IMG/VR virus record: IMGVR_UViG_3300049893_000724
Location: 32,001-96,000 of that record
Strand: one strand, 5' to 3'
Origin: a virus
DNA length: 64,000 bases
The translations under genes and the position numbers were made by a program. The notes beneath the pieces were generated by a model. The model saw only the letters and a program-made list of their open reading frames with translations, did not search any database and was not told the DNA's origin. Positions 8,362-17,215 of the stretch are shown here, in pieces (the stretch's first letter is position 1; each line of letters opens with the position of its first letter).

Positions 8362-8879
8362 GACTTTATGTATCGCCAGTGCTGGCTCAAACAGCTCCTA
8401 GTAATACTAATATCGCTGGGCCTTCTGCTAGTGCTACTGGAAACGTTACAAACCAAGCGGTCCAAGTCCTCCAGGGTCCATACGCAATCAACACGTATGG
8501 TTCTGGAGTTAGTTGTCAAGGGCCGACAATGAGTTTGTCTCCATTTGTAATGGGAAGTTTGAATGGAAGTCAAGACCCAACAACATACCAAACTCAAAAC
8601 GGAAATGCCGGATTCTCAATGGGTTTTAACTTTCCTCTTGATGGAAGTCTTACAGAGATATGTAAATCAAGAGCACGAGTAGAAATCTCAAGGCAACAAG
8701 CAGAAGCAGATAAAGCAAGATTAGATTTTGAACTGGTTAGATTATTAAAGTGCGGTGAAGCATTAAAAGCAGGAATCAGTTTTCACCCAGACAGTCCATA
8801 CGCAAAAATATGTGCTGATGTTGTTGTGAGATATCCAAAAATTGCGGATGTTGTCAATGGAAATAAGACCAATAAGTAA
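8298..8879 (+). CDS. Exported hypothetical protein with four Cys and a helical C-terminus
   Basis: ORF track; hydrophobic N-terminal segment ending VSPVLA. Confidence 0.8.
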   Translation: MDRKNYYNRFYNKLYICLYAIGLYVSPVLAQTAPSNTNIAGPSASATGNVTNQAVQVLQGPYAINTYGSGVSCQGPTMSLSPFVMGSLNGSQDPTTYQTQNGNAGFSMGFNFPLDGSLTEICKSRARVEISRQQAEADKARLDFELVRLLKCGEALKAGISFHPDSPYAKICADVVVRYPKIADVVNGNKTNK

Positions 8880-9543
8880 CATCGGTTCTCCAAACATTAA
8901 TATTGCTGGACCTAGTGTTATACCAACAATCAATCCACCAGTCAGCAAGAGTGTAGAAGTTCCCGTTGTACGTGGAATGGATCTTCCTGTGATTCTGATG
9001 CCTGATACCAGAATCAAATATCCAACTGTTGATGTTCCAACTCAAGAAGAGTTTGATGCTGCGGTAAGAGCAGAAAGAGAAAAACAAGCACAGGAACAAC
9101 AAGAGAAGTCAAGAGGACTTCCAGACACAAAACCAGTTGTTCCTCAAGTTCAAGTTCCTGTTATTGATAAACAAGAAAATAAAAATATCGCTGAAGAAAC
9201 TAGTACAAATAATAATCTAGGAGTACCTGTCATTGAAGTACCGATCGTCGGGCAAGTTCCAATACCACCTAAAGAACAAGTTATTCTTGCTGGCACCACT
9301 GCTACTGCTTCTGTTGCTGCGGCTCTTGTTGGCAAATCTTTGGTGGAATGGATGGTAAAGAAGTTTAAACCAGTTGTTGAAAGAATATTCGCACAAATCA
9401 AAAAGGCATTGAATAGGGATGTAACTGACTATGAGTTACAACTATTCTTTGCCTATGAACATCAAAAGAAAGTCAATAAGATTTTAAAGAAAGAGTTTAA
9501 GAAACAAAAGTTAGAGCAATACAAGAAAGCTCATAACAAATGA
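8857..9543 (+). CDS. Pro-rich hypothetical protein with a C-terminal hydrophobic helix
   Basis: ORF track; likely start MEIRPIS at 8857. Confidence 0.75.
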   Translation: MEIRPISNIGSPNINIAGPSVIPTINPPVSKSVEVPVVRGMDLPVILMPDTRIKYPTVDVPTQEEFDAAVRAEREKQAQEQQEKSRGLPDTKPVVPQVQVPVIDKQENKNIAEETSTNNNLGVPVIEVPIVGQVPIPPKEQVILAGTTATASVAAALVGKSLVEWMVKKFKPVVERIFAQIKKALNRDVTDYELQLFFAYEHQKKVNKILKKEFKKQKLEQYKKAHNK

Positions 9544-9957
9544 TTATTTCTTACGCTTTGCATCAAGTTCAGCAAAGTTCTTAACTTTTGTTCCACCATC
9601 ATAATTCCAAGCATATCCTTCAGTAATCATTTGATTATTGAGAGATACTGCTTCTCCATTGATAAACAAGTGTCCAATGATTCTACCATACTTTTCAGTA
9701 GAATCTGGAAGTTCTGTCTTAATGATAATATCTTTGGCACCTTCTACTCTGTGCTTGAGCCATTCTTTTGATTCAAGCCCATATTTTTTCTCATTCGCAT
9801 CAGCTGTGCGGCTCTCTGGGGTATCGACACCAGCAAGACGAATTCGCTTAGTAAGGGAGATATCAAAACCCAAATCAATATCAGCGTCAATAGTGTCGCC
9901 ATCTACCACCTTATGAATTTCACGTATTCTATAAATGTAAGGATCCTTGTCTGGCAT
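9544..9957 (-). CDS. Staphylococcal nuclease (thermonuclease) family protein
   Basis: VVDGDTI, RIRLAGVDTPES, EKYGRIIG. Confidence 0.9.
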   Translation of the reverse strand: MPDKDPYIYRIREIHKVVDGDTIDADIDLGFDISLTKRIRLAGVDTPESRTADANEKKYGLESKEWLKHRVEGAKDIIIKTELPDSTEKYGRIIGHLFINGEAVSLNNQMITEGYAWNYDGGTKVKNFAELDAKRKK

Positions 9958-9960
9958 TTG

Positions 9961-10170
9961 TTAGAATAGTTTAAACTTCTCAGTATTTAGTTTAGGAATA
10001 GGCAACTTTTCAAATGCTTTACTTACTTGGTTCTCTACAACCTTACCAACAAACTCTTCTGGGTTGTTAAGAATTGCTTCTGCTCTCTTATAAGTCATAT
10101 AAGCACCATAACAAAGTGCTCCACTAATTGCCAGACTCGTCGCTGACAGAATGATTGCTAGGTTCTTCAT
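9961..10170 (-). CDS. Small membrane-anchored hypothetical protein
   Basis: N-terminal hydrophobic helix. Confidence 0.65.
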   Translation of the reverse strand: MKNLAIILSATSLAISGALCYGAYMTYKRAEAILNNPEEFVGKVVENQVSKAFEKLPIPKLNTEKFKLF

Positions 10171-10278
10171 TTTTCATTTCCTCATTTGCTAATCGTAGTA
10201 TGTAATAGATTATGTACAGAACAAATACTAAACCAACTCCCAAGATTGTAATAACACCATATGGGAAGTCTTGTGGCA

Positions 10279-11025
10279 TCAGTATTTACCCTCTACACAA
10301 TAATCTGCTTTTTTATTTGGAGTATATTCCTTATAACCTTCTTGTGGTTTCATCCATCCACAACCAATCAACCATTCCATCGTAAGTGGTGTCGGTCTGA
10401 TCTGTTCCCACAAAGGACCTTTGGCACACATTTCTAGGTGCTTTGCTGTAGTATTTGATTGTTCCTCTGCCCAGTTTGCATCAGCCTCCCAAGGCACAGC
10501 ACGGGACATTCCCATACTCTCATAAGCAAGTTTTGTATTTTTCATCACCCAAGCAGGAATCTCTGCATCCTGATGAACCTGTGCCATAAAAGATGTTTTG
10601 AGACCGCCACCCATACAGTCCTGAACGACGTGCCATCCTTCGTGACGCATTGTTCCTAGAAATTCTCTAGGGTCTTGAAGGAGAGATTCGTTTACATAGA
10701 AGCGATTGTATTCTGGTTTGTAGAGGCCAACAGTTCTTGGAGTAAAATATCTTGATGGTCCAACATAAACAGGAACACCAAGTTTATCGAGTCCGGCAAG
10801 AATACGTTTGATTTCCTCTCTGAAATTATCAAACTCCTTTCCTTTGATAAGAGCAGAGTCTGGTGTAAGTTGTTCTACACCTTCAGTACATTCTCTTAAA
10901 ATCATACAACCCATCGCTGCCAGACTGTATGCTGGAACGGTGGGTTGTTTTTTGATTATTGTGTTTGCGGTTGATGGAGCAATCAGAGTTAATGATAAAC
11001 CAATTGCTGTGAGGAATTTTTTCAT
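10279..11025 (-). CDS. Exported HExxH zinc-metallopeptidase-like protein
   Basis: Signal peptide MKKFLTAIGLSL; MRHEGWHVVQDC motif. Confidence 0.7.
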   Translation of the reverse strand: MKKFLTAIGLSLTLIAPSTANTIIKKQPTVPAYSLAAMGCMILRECTEGVEQLTPDSALIKGKEFDNFREEIKRILAGLDKLGVPVYVGPSRYFTPRTVGLYKPEYNRFYVNESLLQDPREFLGTMRHEGWHVVQDCMGGGLKTSFMAQVHQDAEIPAWVMKNTKLAYESMGMSRAVPWEADANWAEEQSNTTAKHLEMCAKGPLWEQIRPTPLTMEWLIGCGWMKPQEGYKEYTPNKKADYCVEGKY

Positions 11026-11216
11026 TATCGCCCCTCTTGTTGATGTATCCAAACTTTCAAATCTTTTACATACTTTCTTAAGGTTTCTGCTTGAGAAAAG
11101 TGCCACTCATCACCTGTCTTTAGATGCTGTCGCATATGTTCATCAACAGCATCAAGACACTTTTTAATTACAGGGTTCCAAGGTTCCCGTATAGGAGTAT
11201 TCCATTCTCTTGGCAT
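11025..11216 (-). CDS. Hypothetical protein
   Basis: ORF track; coupled to the next gene. Confidence 0.65.
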   Translation of the reverse strand: MPREWNTPIREPWNPVIKKCLDAVDEHMRQHLKTGDEWHFSQAETLRKYVKDLKVWIHQQEGR

Positions 11217-11222
11217 AATACC

Positions 11223-11339
11223 TCATTTTTTCTTTCCACCATTTTTTGCTTTATTTGCATTAGCATTGCCAGAGTTCTGCTTCTTGTTATTAGCAGAGCC
11301 TGCTCCACCTTTTTTTGCTTTGTTTGCGGACTTTGCCAT
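11223..11339 (-). CDS. Very basic low-complexity peptide (38 aa)
   Basis: MAKSANKAKKGGAGSANNKKQNSGNANANKAKNGGKKK*; start overlaps the upstream stop. Confidence 0.6.
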   Translation of the reverse strand: MAKSANKAKKGGAGSANNKKQNSGNANANKAKNGGKKK

Positions 11340-11680
11340 TAGGCTCCTGTGCGAGGTTGAACGAATCCTTCCTCAAGTGCTTCAACTCTTTCTTCAAGAC
11401 TTGCAGCAGGTGCTTCAGCGGTAGGTGCTGGTGGTTCTGGTGGGGTTTCTACAACTTCTTCTCTACGTGGTTCTTCTTTCTTTTCGTCTTCATCACCACC
11501 TTTCTTCATCGTATTAATACCGAAAGTCGCAGCGGAGGCAGTAAAGACAGTCGCAATAAAGGTAGGATCCATTTTGGATAACATACCTGCATAACTAGCG
11601 GTAAGAAGAGCAGCAGACCAACTCAAGATAGCAATACGAATAACTTGTCCCATAGCTTTCTCTCTTTTGTTGTTTTCCAT
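11339..11680 (-). CDS. Two-helix membrane protein with Glu/Pro-rich tail
   Basis: Two hydrophobic segments followed by a charged tail. Confidence 0.7.
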   Translation of the reverse strand: MENNKREKAMGQVIRIAILSWSAALLTASYAGMLSKMDPTFIATVFTASAATFGINTMKKGGDEDEKKEEPRREEVVETPPEPPAPTAEAPAASLEERVEALEEGFVQPRTGA

Positions 11681-11714
11681 CAGTCTGTGCGATGATGTCC
11701 TTTTTATTTAGGAT

Positions 11715-14060
11715 TTAGAACCTAAATTTAACCTTTCCTGCAATAGAGTTAGTTGTAATACCATCACTTACACCGTGAGAACCCTCAACAAATAACATCT
11801 CTTTATAATCAACAGAAACAGTTACGCCATAAGAGTTATCAGTTCCATAGGCACCTTCTACACTCATACCAAATAAGTCCCTCTTCTTACCACCAAATCT
11901 GGTTTCAAGTTTGAGTCCTGCTTCACCAACGTGTGTGGTTTGGTTGTGTGTTTCAACAGTTCTTGCAGACTGAATAGAACCAGTTTCAGTGTATCCATTT
12001 CTCTTTACATTCTGAACGGAGTATCCAACAAATGGATGTAACCATTTTGTAAGATGCAGGTAAAGTCTATTAGATACCCACCACTCATTACCTGTCGTTT
12101 CACCTGCATTATTAAAGACACCCTCTACTGTTCTTGAATAGTTATACTTACTGTTTGCAATCGCAGCATTTGTATTCAGAGTCAGTGTGTTGCCGTGGAA
12201 GGTATTAAAGATACCGTGAATGTCTTTCTTCTGTTTTGCAGTTGAATCAACACCACGAAGATTGATATTTACATTATTATATTGATAACCAACAGTCCAA
12301 CCTTTGGATAAGTCTAACTCAAATCCACCACCGAAGATTTTACTATCAGCGGAATATCCATCAGCATTATATGACTGAATGAATCTGTTGTTCTCAAATA
12401 CTCTGAACTTTTGTTTGGTTCTTGATGGTTCGTGATTGAGAAGTCCATTAATCGCACCACTCATATTATCAAGAACTTCAAGTTGGTCTACACGTCCATA
12501 AAGAGAATCATATGTATGAGTGATTCCTACATCATTCCAGAGTTCGTAGGTAGTAACAGGAGTTCCATTTGTTATTGTATCATTTCCAGATGAATCAGTT
12601 GTCGTTGTAACTGGTGTGGTTACAATCGTTCTCACCATTGGAGTGGTGGTTGTTTTAGTATGATGTCTTGCAATCCTTTGAACTCCACTATTCTCTGATG
12701 GAGTATGCTCCGTAATAGTTACGTTTAGAACTGGAAGAGTCGTAGATACCGCATTAGATATTGCAGCAGAAGGACGGGTGATTGCTGTGGTTTGTAGTGT
12801 GCTCGCAGTTACAGCAGAAGTTCCAGAACCATCAGAAGATGAAGATGTAACTACTGGTGTTCCTGATGAAGTCGTTGTAGTTCCGTCAGACCAGGTGGTG
12901 GTTGTGACTGGTGTGGTGGTTGTGGTGGTGGTTGTAACAGGAATGGTTGTTACAACTGTATCAACATAAGTTCTTACACCTGGATGTCCATCAGAAGAAG
13001 TGAATGTTTCAGTTCTGGTTACATAAGAAGTTTCAGTTCTTGTGGATGATGATGTTGAGGTAGTTACAGAACTTGAAGTTGAAGTTCCTGTTGATGTTGG
13101 TGCTGGGGGTGGAGTTGGTGTTGCTGGTGGTGTTGAACCATCGGCAGAACCAGTATCAGTAACTGTAAATGATGTTGGAGAAGCACCACCTGCTCCACCA
13201 GCAACGGCAGTAGAACCAGCAGCAAATGCAGATGGTCCAAAAATATATGCGTATTGGATATTAATAATGTCTCCAATATTAATACCAGAGAACATAAATG
13301 CAACGCCAATCGTATAATCACCATTACCACTATTCACACCATTATAATAATCAACTGGATTAGTAGTCCAAGCATTACTTACACCAGTATTGGAGTTTGT
13401 TGCTGCTGTGAAAAGTCCAAGTGCATATTTGGATGCAAGTGCTTCTGATAAAACTACATTCGTTGCTGGAATACCACCAGAATATCCCCTGGTATTATTC
13501 GTTGCCGAACTATCGCCCGCTGCTGCTCTTGCATCTGGGTCAGTGAAACGACCAAAGTAAAGAGTTGGAACGGCAACAGAAAACTCTAAACGAGTATTAA
13601 TATCAACAAAGTGCTGACTATCGTTAAATCTTACATCGTGTTCGATATTAAAGTTTGATGTAGAACCAGACCATACAGCACGATTATCATAGGTTACTCC
13701 ACGATATGATACACCAGAATAATCTACGTTTGTTCCTGTGACTGGATTACTTGGTCCGTATGAAGCATTATTGTTAGAGTGATTAAAAATAATCGCACCA
13801 GACGCATCTAAACCCTTAATCGTCCATCCTTCAAATGGAGTTCCTGGTGTGAGGTAATCGTATGCTGGATTAAAAGTGGAAGTACAGGTGGAATCATAGA
13901 GAATACCTGGTGCGGTGTTACCTTGCGAACCAATCGTCCCTCTATCTGATGTACCTATCTTTACACAGTTACCCTGTAAAGTAACATTTCCTGCTAATGC
14001 TGTTGGTGCCCCAAGCAAAAGGGCTGACGCTGCTGCGAGCGCCCTTGTGGTGTAAGACAT
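11715..14060 (-). CDS. Autotransporter-like outer-membrane protein with Thr/Ser-rich stalk
   Basis: Signal peptide; Pro/Thr linker and poly-Thr region; C-terminal amphipathic beta-strands (FGGGFELDL, WTVGYQY) ending in KFRF. Confidence 0.7.
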   Translation of the reverse strand: MSYTTRALAAASALLLGAPTALAGNVTLQGNCVKIGTSDRGTIGSQGNTAPGILYDSTCTSTFNPAYDYLTPGTPFEGWTIKGLDASGAIIFNHSNNNASYGPSNPVTGTNVDYSGVSYRGVTYDNRAVWSGSTSNFNIEHDVRFNDSQHFVDINTRLEFSVAVPTLYFGRFTDPDARAAAGDSSATNNTRGYSGGIPATNVVLSEALASKYALGLFTAATNSNTGVSNAWTTNPVDYYNGVNSGNGDYTIGVAFMFSGINIGDIINIQYAYIFGPSAFAAGSTAVAGGAGGASPTSFTVTDTGSADGSTPPATPTPPPAPTSTGTSTSSSVTTSTSSSTRTETSYVTRTETFTSSDGHPGVRTYVDTVVTTIPVTTTTTTTTPVTTTTWSDGTTTTSSGTPVVTSSSSDGSGTSAVTASTLQTTAITRPSAAISNAVSTTLPVLNVTITEHTPSENSGVQRIARHHTKTTTTPMVRTIVTTPVTTTTDSSGNDTITNGTPVTTYELWNDVGITHTYDSLYGRVDQLEVLDNMSGAINGLLNHEPSRTKQKFRVFENNRFIQSYNADGYSADSKIFGGGFELDLSKGWTVGYQYNNVNINLRGVDSTAKQKKDIHGIFNTFHGNTLTLNTNAAIANSKYNYSRTVEGVFNNAGETTGNEWWVSNRLYLHLTKWLHPFVGYSVQNVKRNGYTETGSIQSARTVETHNQTTHVGEAGLKLETRFGGKKRDLFGMSVEGAYGTDNSYGVTVSVDYKEMLFVEGSHGVSDGITTNSIAGKVKFRF

Positions 14061-14201
14061 AAAAAGTCCTCTATTACTTAGTGTGTACTAAACAAAACAG
14101 ACCGAAGTTTGTTTAAAAGTAAAGTATTCACCAAGTCTTAGAGGACTTGGAGTATGTAGATTCAGATCAGAAGATCAAGAATCAGTATTGATTGCAACTA
14201 T

Positions 14202-14870
14202 TTATCCCTTTTTCCACGCTTCTCCTTCTGCTTTTCTTCTACGTGCTAAACCTGCTTCAACATTAGAACCAGGATTGCGGTAGAGATAAAGAGCATCGGG
14301 AACTAAGTCCCACTCTTTATTCTTCAGGCGTTTAGTAATAGTATTAAAGTTATCGCCACCGTAAAAACCGGCACCAAGATTATAAGCAAAGCTGAGCAGA
14401 GCGCCTCTTTTTCCATCTGACATTTCATTCCAATGTGGGATTTTACGAAGTGCAGGTAGAAACTCTTTCTTACACTGCTCGATGAGAAGTGCGTCTGCTT
14501 CTGCCTGTGTTAATGTATCACCAAGTTTAAATGCTGAACCATCCTTCTTACGAGTGGAACCCCAACCGATTGTGATTGGAAGGCCTCCAGTCAGAGGGTC
14601 AGGATATGCTTTGAGATGACATCCCTCAAACTCTTTAATTAATTTGATGCCCATCATAGGAACATCATCACCACCTGTTACAGGAGCTGCAGCAGCTGGG
14701 GTTGCTGGTGCAGCACTAGTCTTTTTTCCTCTAAAAATCTCCGCCCACTCTACGTTATCACCAAGATATTCAACGGGGAGATTGTCTTCTAACCACTGGA
14801 CTGCCTTGACGTGGTTAGGATTTCTTTCATCATAGAATTGAAAGAAATTATGCAAATCGATACGTGCCAT
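14202..14870 (-). CDS. GH24 lysozyme / endolysin with extra N-terminal module
   Basis: IKEFEGCHLKAYPDP...TIGWGST, ALLSFAYNLG, GLARRRKAE; start MARIDL at 14870. Confidence 0.92.
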   Translation of the reverse strand: MARIDLHNFFQFYDERNPNHVKAVQWLEDNLPVEYLGDNVEWAEIFRGKKTSAAPATPAAAAPVTGGDDVPMMGIKLIKEFEGCHLKAYPDPLTGGLPITIGWGSTRKKDGSAFKLGDTLTQAEADALLIEQCKKEFLPALRKIPHWNEMSDGKRGALLSFAYNLGAGFYGGDNFNTITKRLKNKEWDLVPDALYLYRNPGSNVEAGLARRRKAEGEAWKKG

Positions 14871-14884
14871 TGTTGTGTCTCCTA

Positions 14885-15556
14885 TCAGTCGAAAATTCTG
14901 CCCCAACCATCGTTGCCACCTGGGCACCAACGATGCTTAAGAACTGCTTTGGTGTAAACGGTTTTCTTACCGTTAGTCACAGGTCCAGTATAGTTATCAT
15001 TGAGTGAACCATATGGATCGTTTACAAAATATCCCTTACCATCTGGAGTCTTACCGATTACAACACACATGTGCCCACCAGTAGGTGCAGATAAAGGACC
15101 GCGATGCAGGATACCAATAACGACAGGTTTCCCAGCATCAAGACTTTTATCAATATCAGCAAAAGAAAGATTGTAACTAAAGTGTGACTTAACTCCATAA
15201 CCTGCAAGTACTTTTGTTTGTACCGCATGGTCCGTAGTATCACCAATCGCAAATACTTTCTTAACATATTCATCGTCGCCCTTGATACTTCCTGGCTTGA
15301 GGAATGCAAGGCACATAGCACACGATGAACTGTTACAAGTTCTATGTGCATCTCTATAGTTGTCTACTTGGTTGAAGTATGGAACTGCGAGTACTTCTGG
15401 AGTTGGTGGCTTAGTTCTGAAGATACCAATCCAATCAGTCTCTGCATCGTCTAGGAATTTTTCTGGAAGTTTGTCTTCCAACCACTGAACGGCAGCAACG
15501 TGGTTTGCGTTCTTCTCATCATAAAACTTAAAAAAGTTATGAAGATCTAGGGTCAT
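14885..15556 (-). CDS. Peptidase C39-like cell-wall hydrolase with the same N-terminal module
   Basis: VPYFNQ, CNSSSCAM, GHMCVVIG, VNDPYG catalytic pattern. Confidence 0.82.
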   Translation of the reverse strand: MTLDLHNFFKFYDEKNANHVAAVQWLEDKLPEKFLDDAETDWIGIFRTKPPTPEVLAVPYFNQVDNYRDAHRTCNSSSCAMCLAFLKPGSIKGDDEYVKKVFAIGDTTDHAVQTKVLAGYGVKSHFSYNLSFADIDKSLDAGKPVVIGILHRGPLSAPTGGHMCVVIGKTPDGKGYFVNDPYGSLNDNYTGPVTNGKKTVYTKAVLKHRWCPGGNDGWGRIFD

Positions 15557-15621
15557 TGGATATTACTCTAAACACTCAGGTATTTATTAAAAAAGCGCCC
15601 TTTTGGGGCGCTCATTTATCT

Positions 15622-16149
15622 TCAAACTGTAGCACCAACTTTTACATCGGCAGCGACATAACTCAAAACATTTTCAGGTGTCGATACCTCATATGGGTCG
15701 GTGTCCGCATTGTCACGCAGACCGTCTTCCACGAATAGTTTCTCGATGATTCCATTATCCACGACCGCAGCATAACGCCAAGAGCGATCACCGAAACCAA
15801 GGTTAGACTTGTTGACGAGATATCCCATTGAGCGAGTAAAGTATGCATTGCCATCTGGAATGAGTTTTACTTTTTCGATGTTCTGGTCTTGTGCCCAGGC
15901 ATTCATCACAAAGCCATCATTAACAGAAATGCAGTAAATAGCATCGATACCAAGAGCAGCAAACTCTTCGTACTTCTCTTCAAATCCAGGCAACTGGTAA
16001 GCAGAGCAAGTAGGAGTGAATGCACCAGGCAGACTGAAAATAACTACACGCTTACCATTAAAAAGTTCAGTAGAAGTACGAGTTACAAATTCACCAGATT
16101 CACGAAACTGAAACTGAACTTCGGGAATAGTATAACCTTCTTTACGCAT
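15622..16149 (-). CDS. Type II peroxiredoxin (Prx5-like)
   Basis: PGAFTPTCS, CISVNDGFVMNAW, RSWRYA; GGAGG SD before MRKEG. Confidence 0.92.
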   Translation of the reverse strand: MRKEGYTIPEVQFQFRESGEFVTRTSTELFNGKRVVIFSLPGAFTPTCSAYQLPGFEEKYEEFAALGIDAIYCISVNDGFVMNAWAQDQNIEKVKLIPDGNAYFTRSMGYLVNKSNLGFGDRSWRYAAVVDNGIIEKLFVEDGLRDNADTDPYEVSTPENVLSYVAADVKVGATV

Positions 16150-16160
16150 TTTGACCTCCA

Positions 16161-16264
16161 TCACCATACGCCAGGAATGATTTGACCAGTGGCAGCATAA
16201 CTACCCATAGCAGCAATAATACCAATCATAGCTGCCCAACCGTTAATACGTTCTGCTCTTTCGT

Positions 16265-16268
<4 letters not shown>
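16161..16268 (-). CDS. hli: High-light-inducible protein (35 aa)
   Basis: MNERAERINGWAAMIGIIAAMGSYAATGQIIPGVW*; ExxNGWAAM chlorophyll-binding motif. Not in the ORF track. Confidence 0.92.
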
Positions 16269-16830
<562 letters not shown>

Positions 16831-16917
16831 TTAATAAGTCTCTGATAGTTGATTTACGGAATGTGCCAGTAAAACGAAAAAGGCAACACTCGTAATTGTA
16901 AAGATAATTGAAGTCAT
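16831..16917 (-). CDS. Small membrane peptide (28 aa)
   Basis: MTSIIFTITSVAFFVLLAHSVNQLSETY*. Confidence 0.5.
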   Translation of the reverse strand: MTSIIFTITSVAFFVLLAHSVNQLSETY

Positions 16918-16926
16918 TGTCAACCC

Positions 16927-17121
16927 TCAGAAGAGTCCGAAGTAGAGGTTGCCAGTGAAAGCGTAAGAAATAAACCCAGCAATAATGCCGACCATAGCCC
17001 AGCGTCCATTAGTCCTCTCCTTTACTTCATTAGGTGTAAGCATACCATAGTTCTCGTAGTACATAGTAGGCTCTTTGGCAAACATATTTTGTTGCCCATA
17101 TTCATTAGTTGTTACAGTCAT
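16927..17121 (-). CDS. hli: High-light-inducible protein
   Basis: ERTNGRWAMVG motif; start MTVTTNEYGQQNMFAKEP at 17121. Confidence 0.92.
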   Translation of the reverse strand: MTVTTNEYGQQNMFAKEPTMYYENYGMLTPNEVKERTNGRWAMVGIIAGFISYAFTGNLYFGLF

Positions 17122-17148
17122 TGTACATTCGTTAAGAATTGTTACACA

Positions 17149-17184
17149 ATTATATAGGAAAAATAAAGGGGTGTCAAGCACCCC
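17149..17184 (-). terminator. pstS terminator overlapping the hli promoter
   Basis: GGGGTG-CTTGA-CACCCC + TTTATTTTT; TTGACA (17177-17172), 17 nt, TATAAT (17154-17149). Confidence 0.75.
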
Positions 17185-17215
17185 TGGTAGTAATTTATAC
17201 TTATTTTGTTAAGAT

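Noticed and set aside
12600-13140. Repetitive GTT/GTG-rich DNA, possible tandem repeat or array
   Set aside because: Explained by Thr codons (ACN) of the low-complexity stalk; no fixed repeat unit or spacers.
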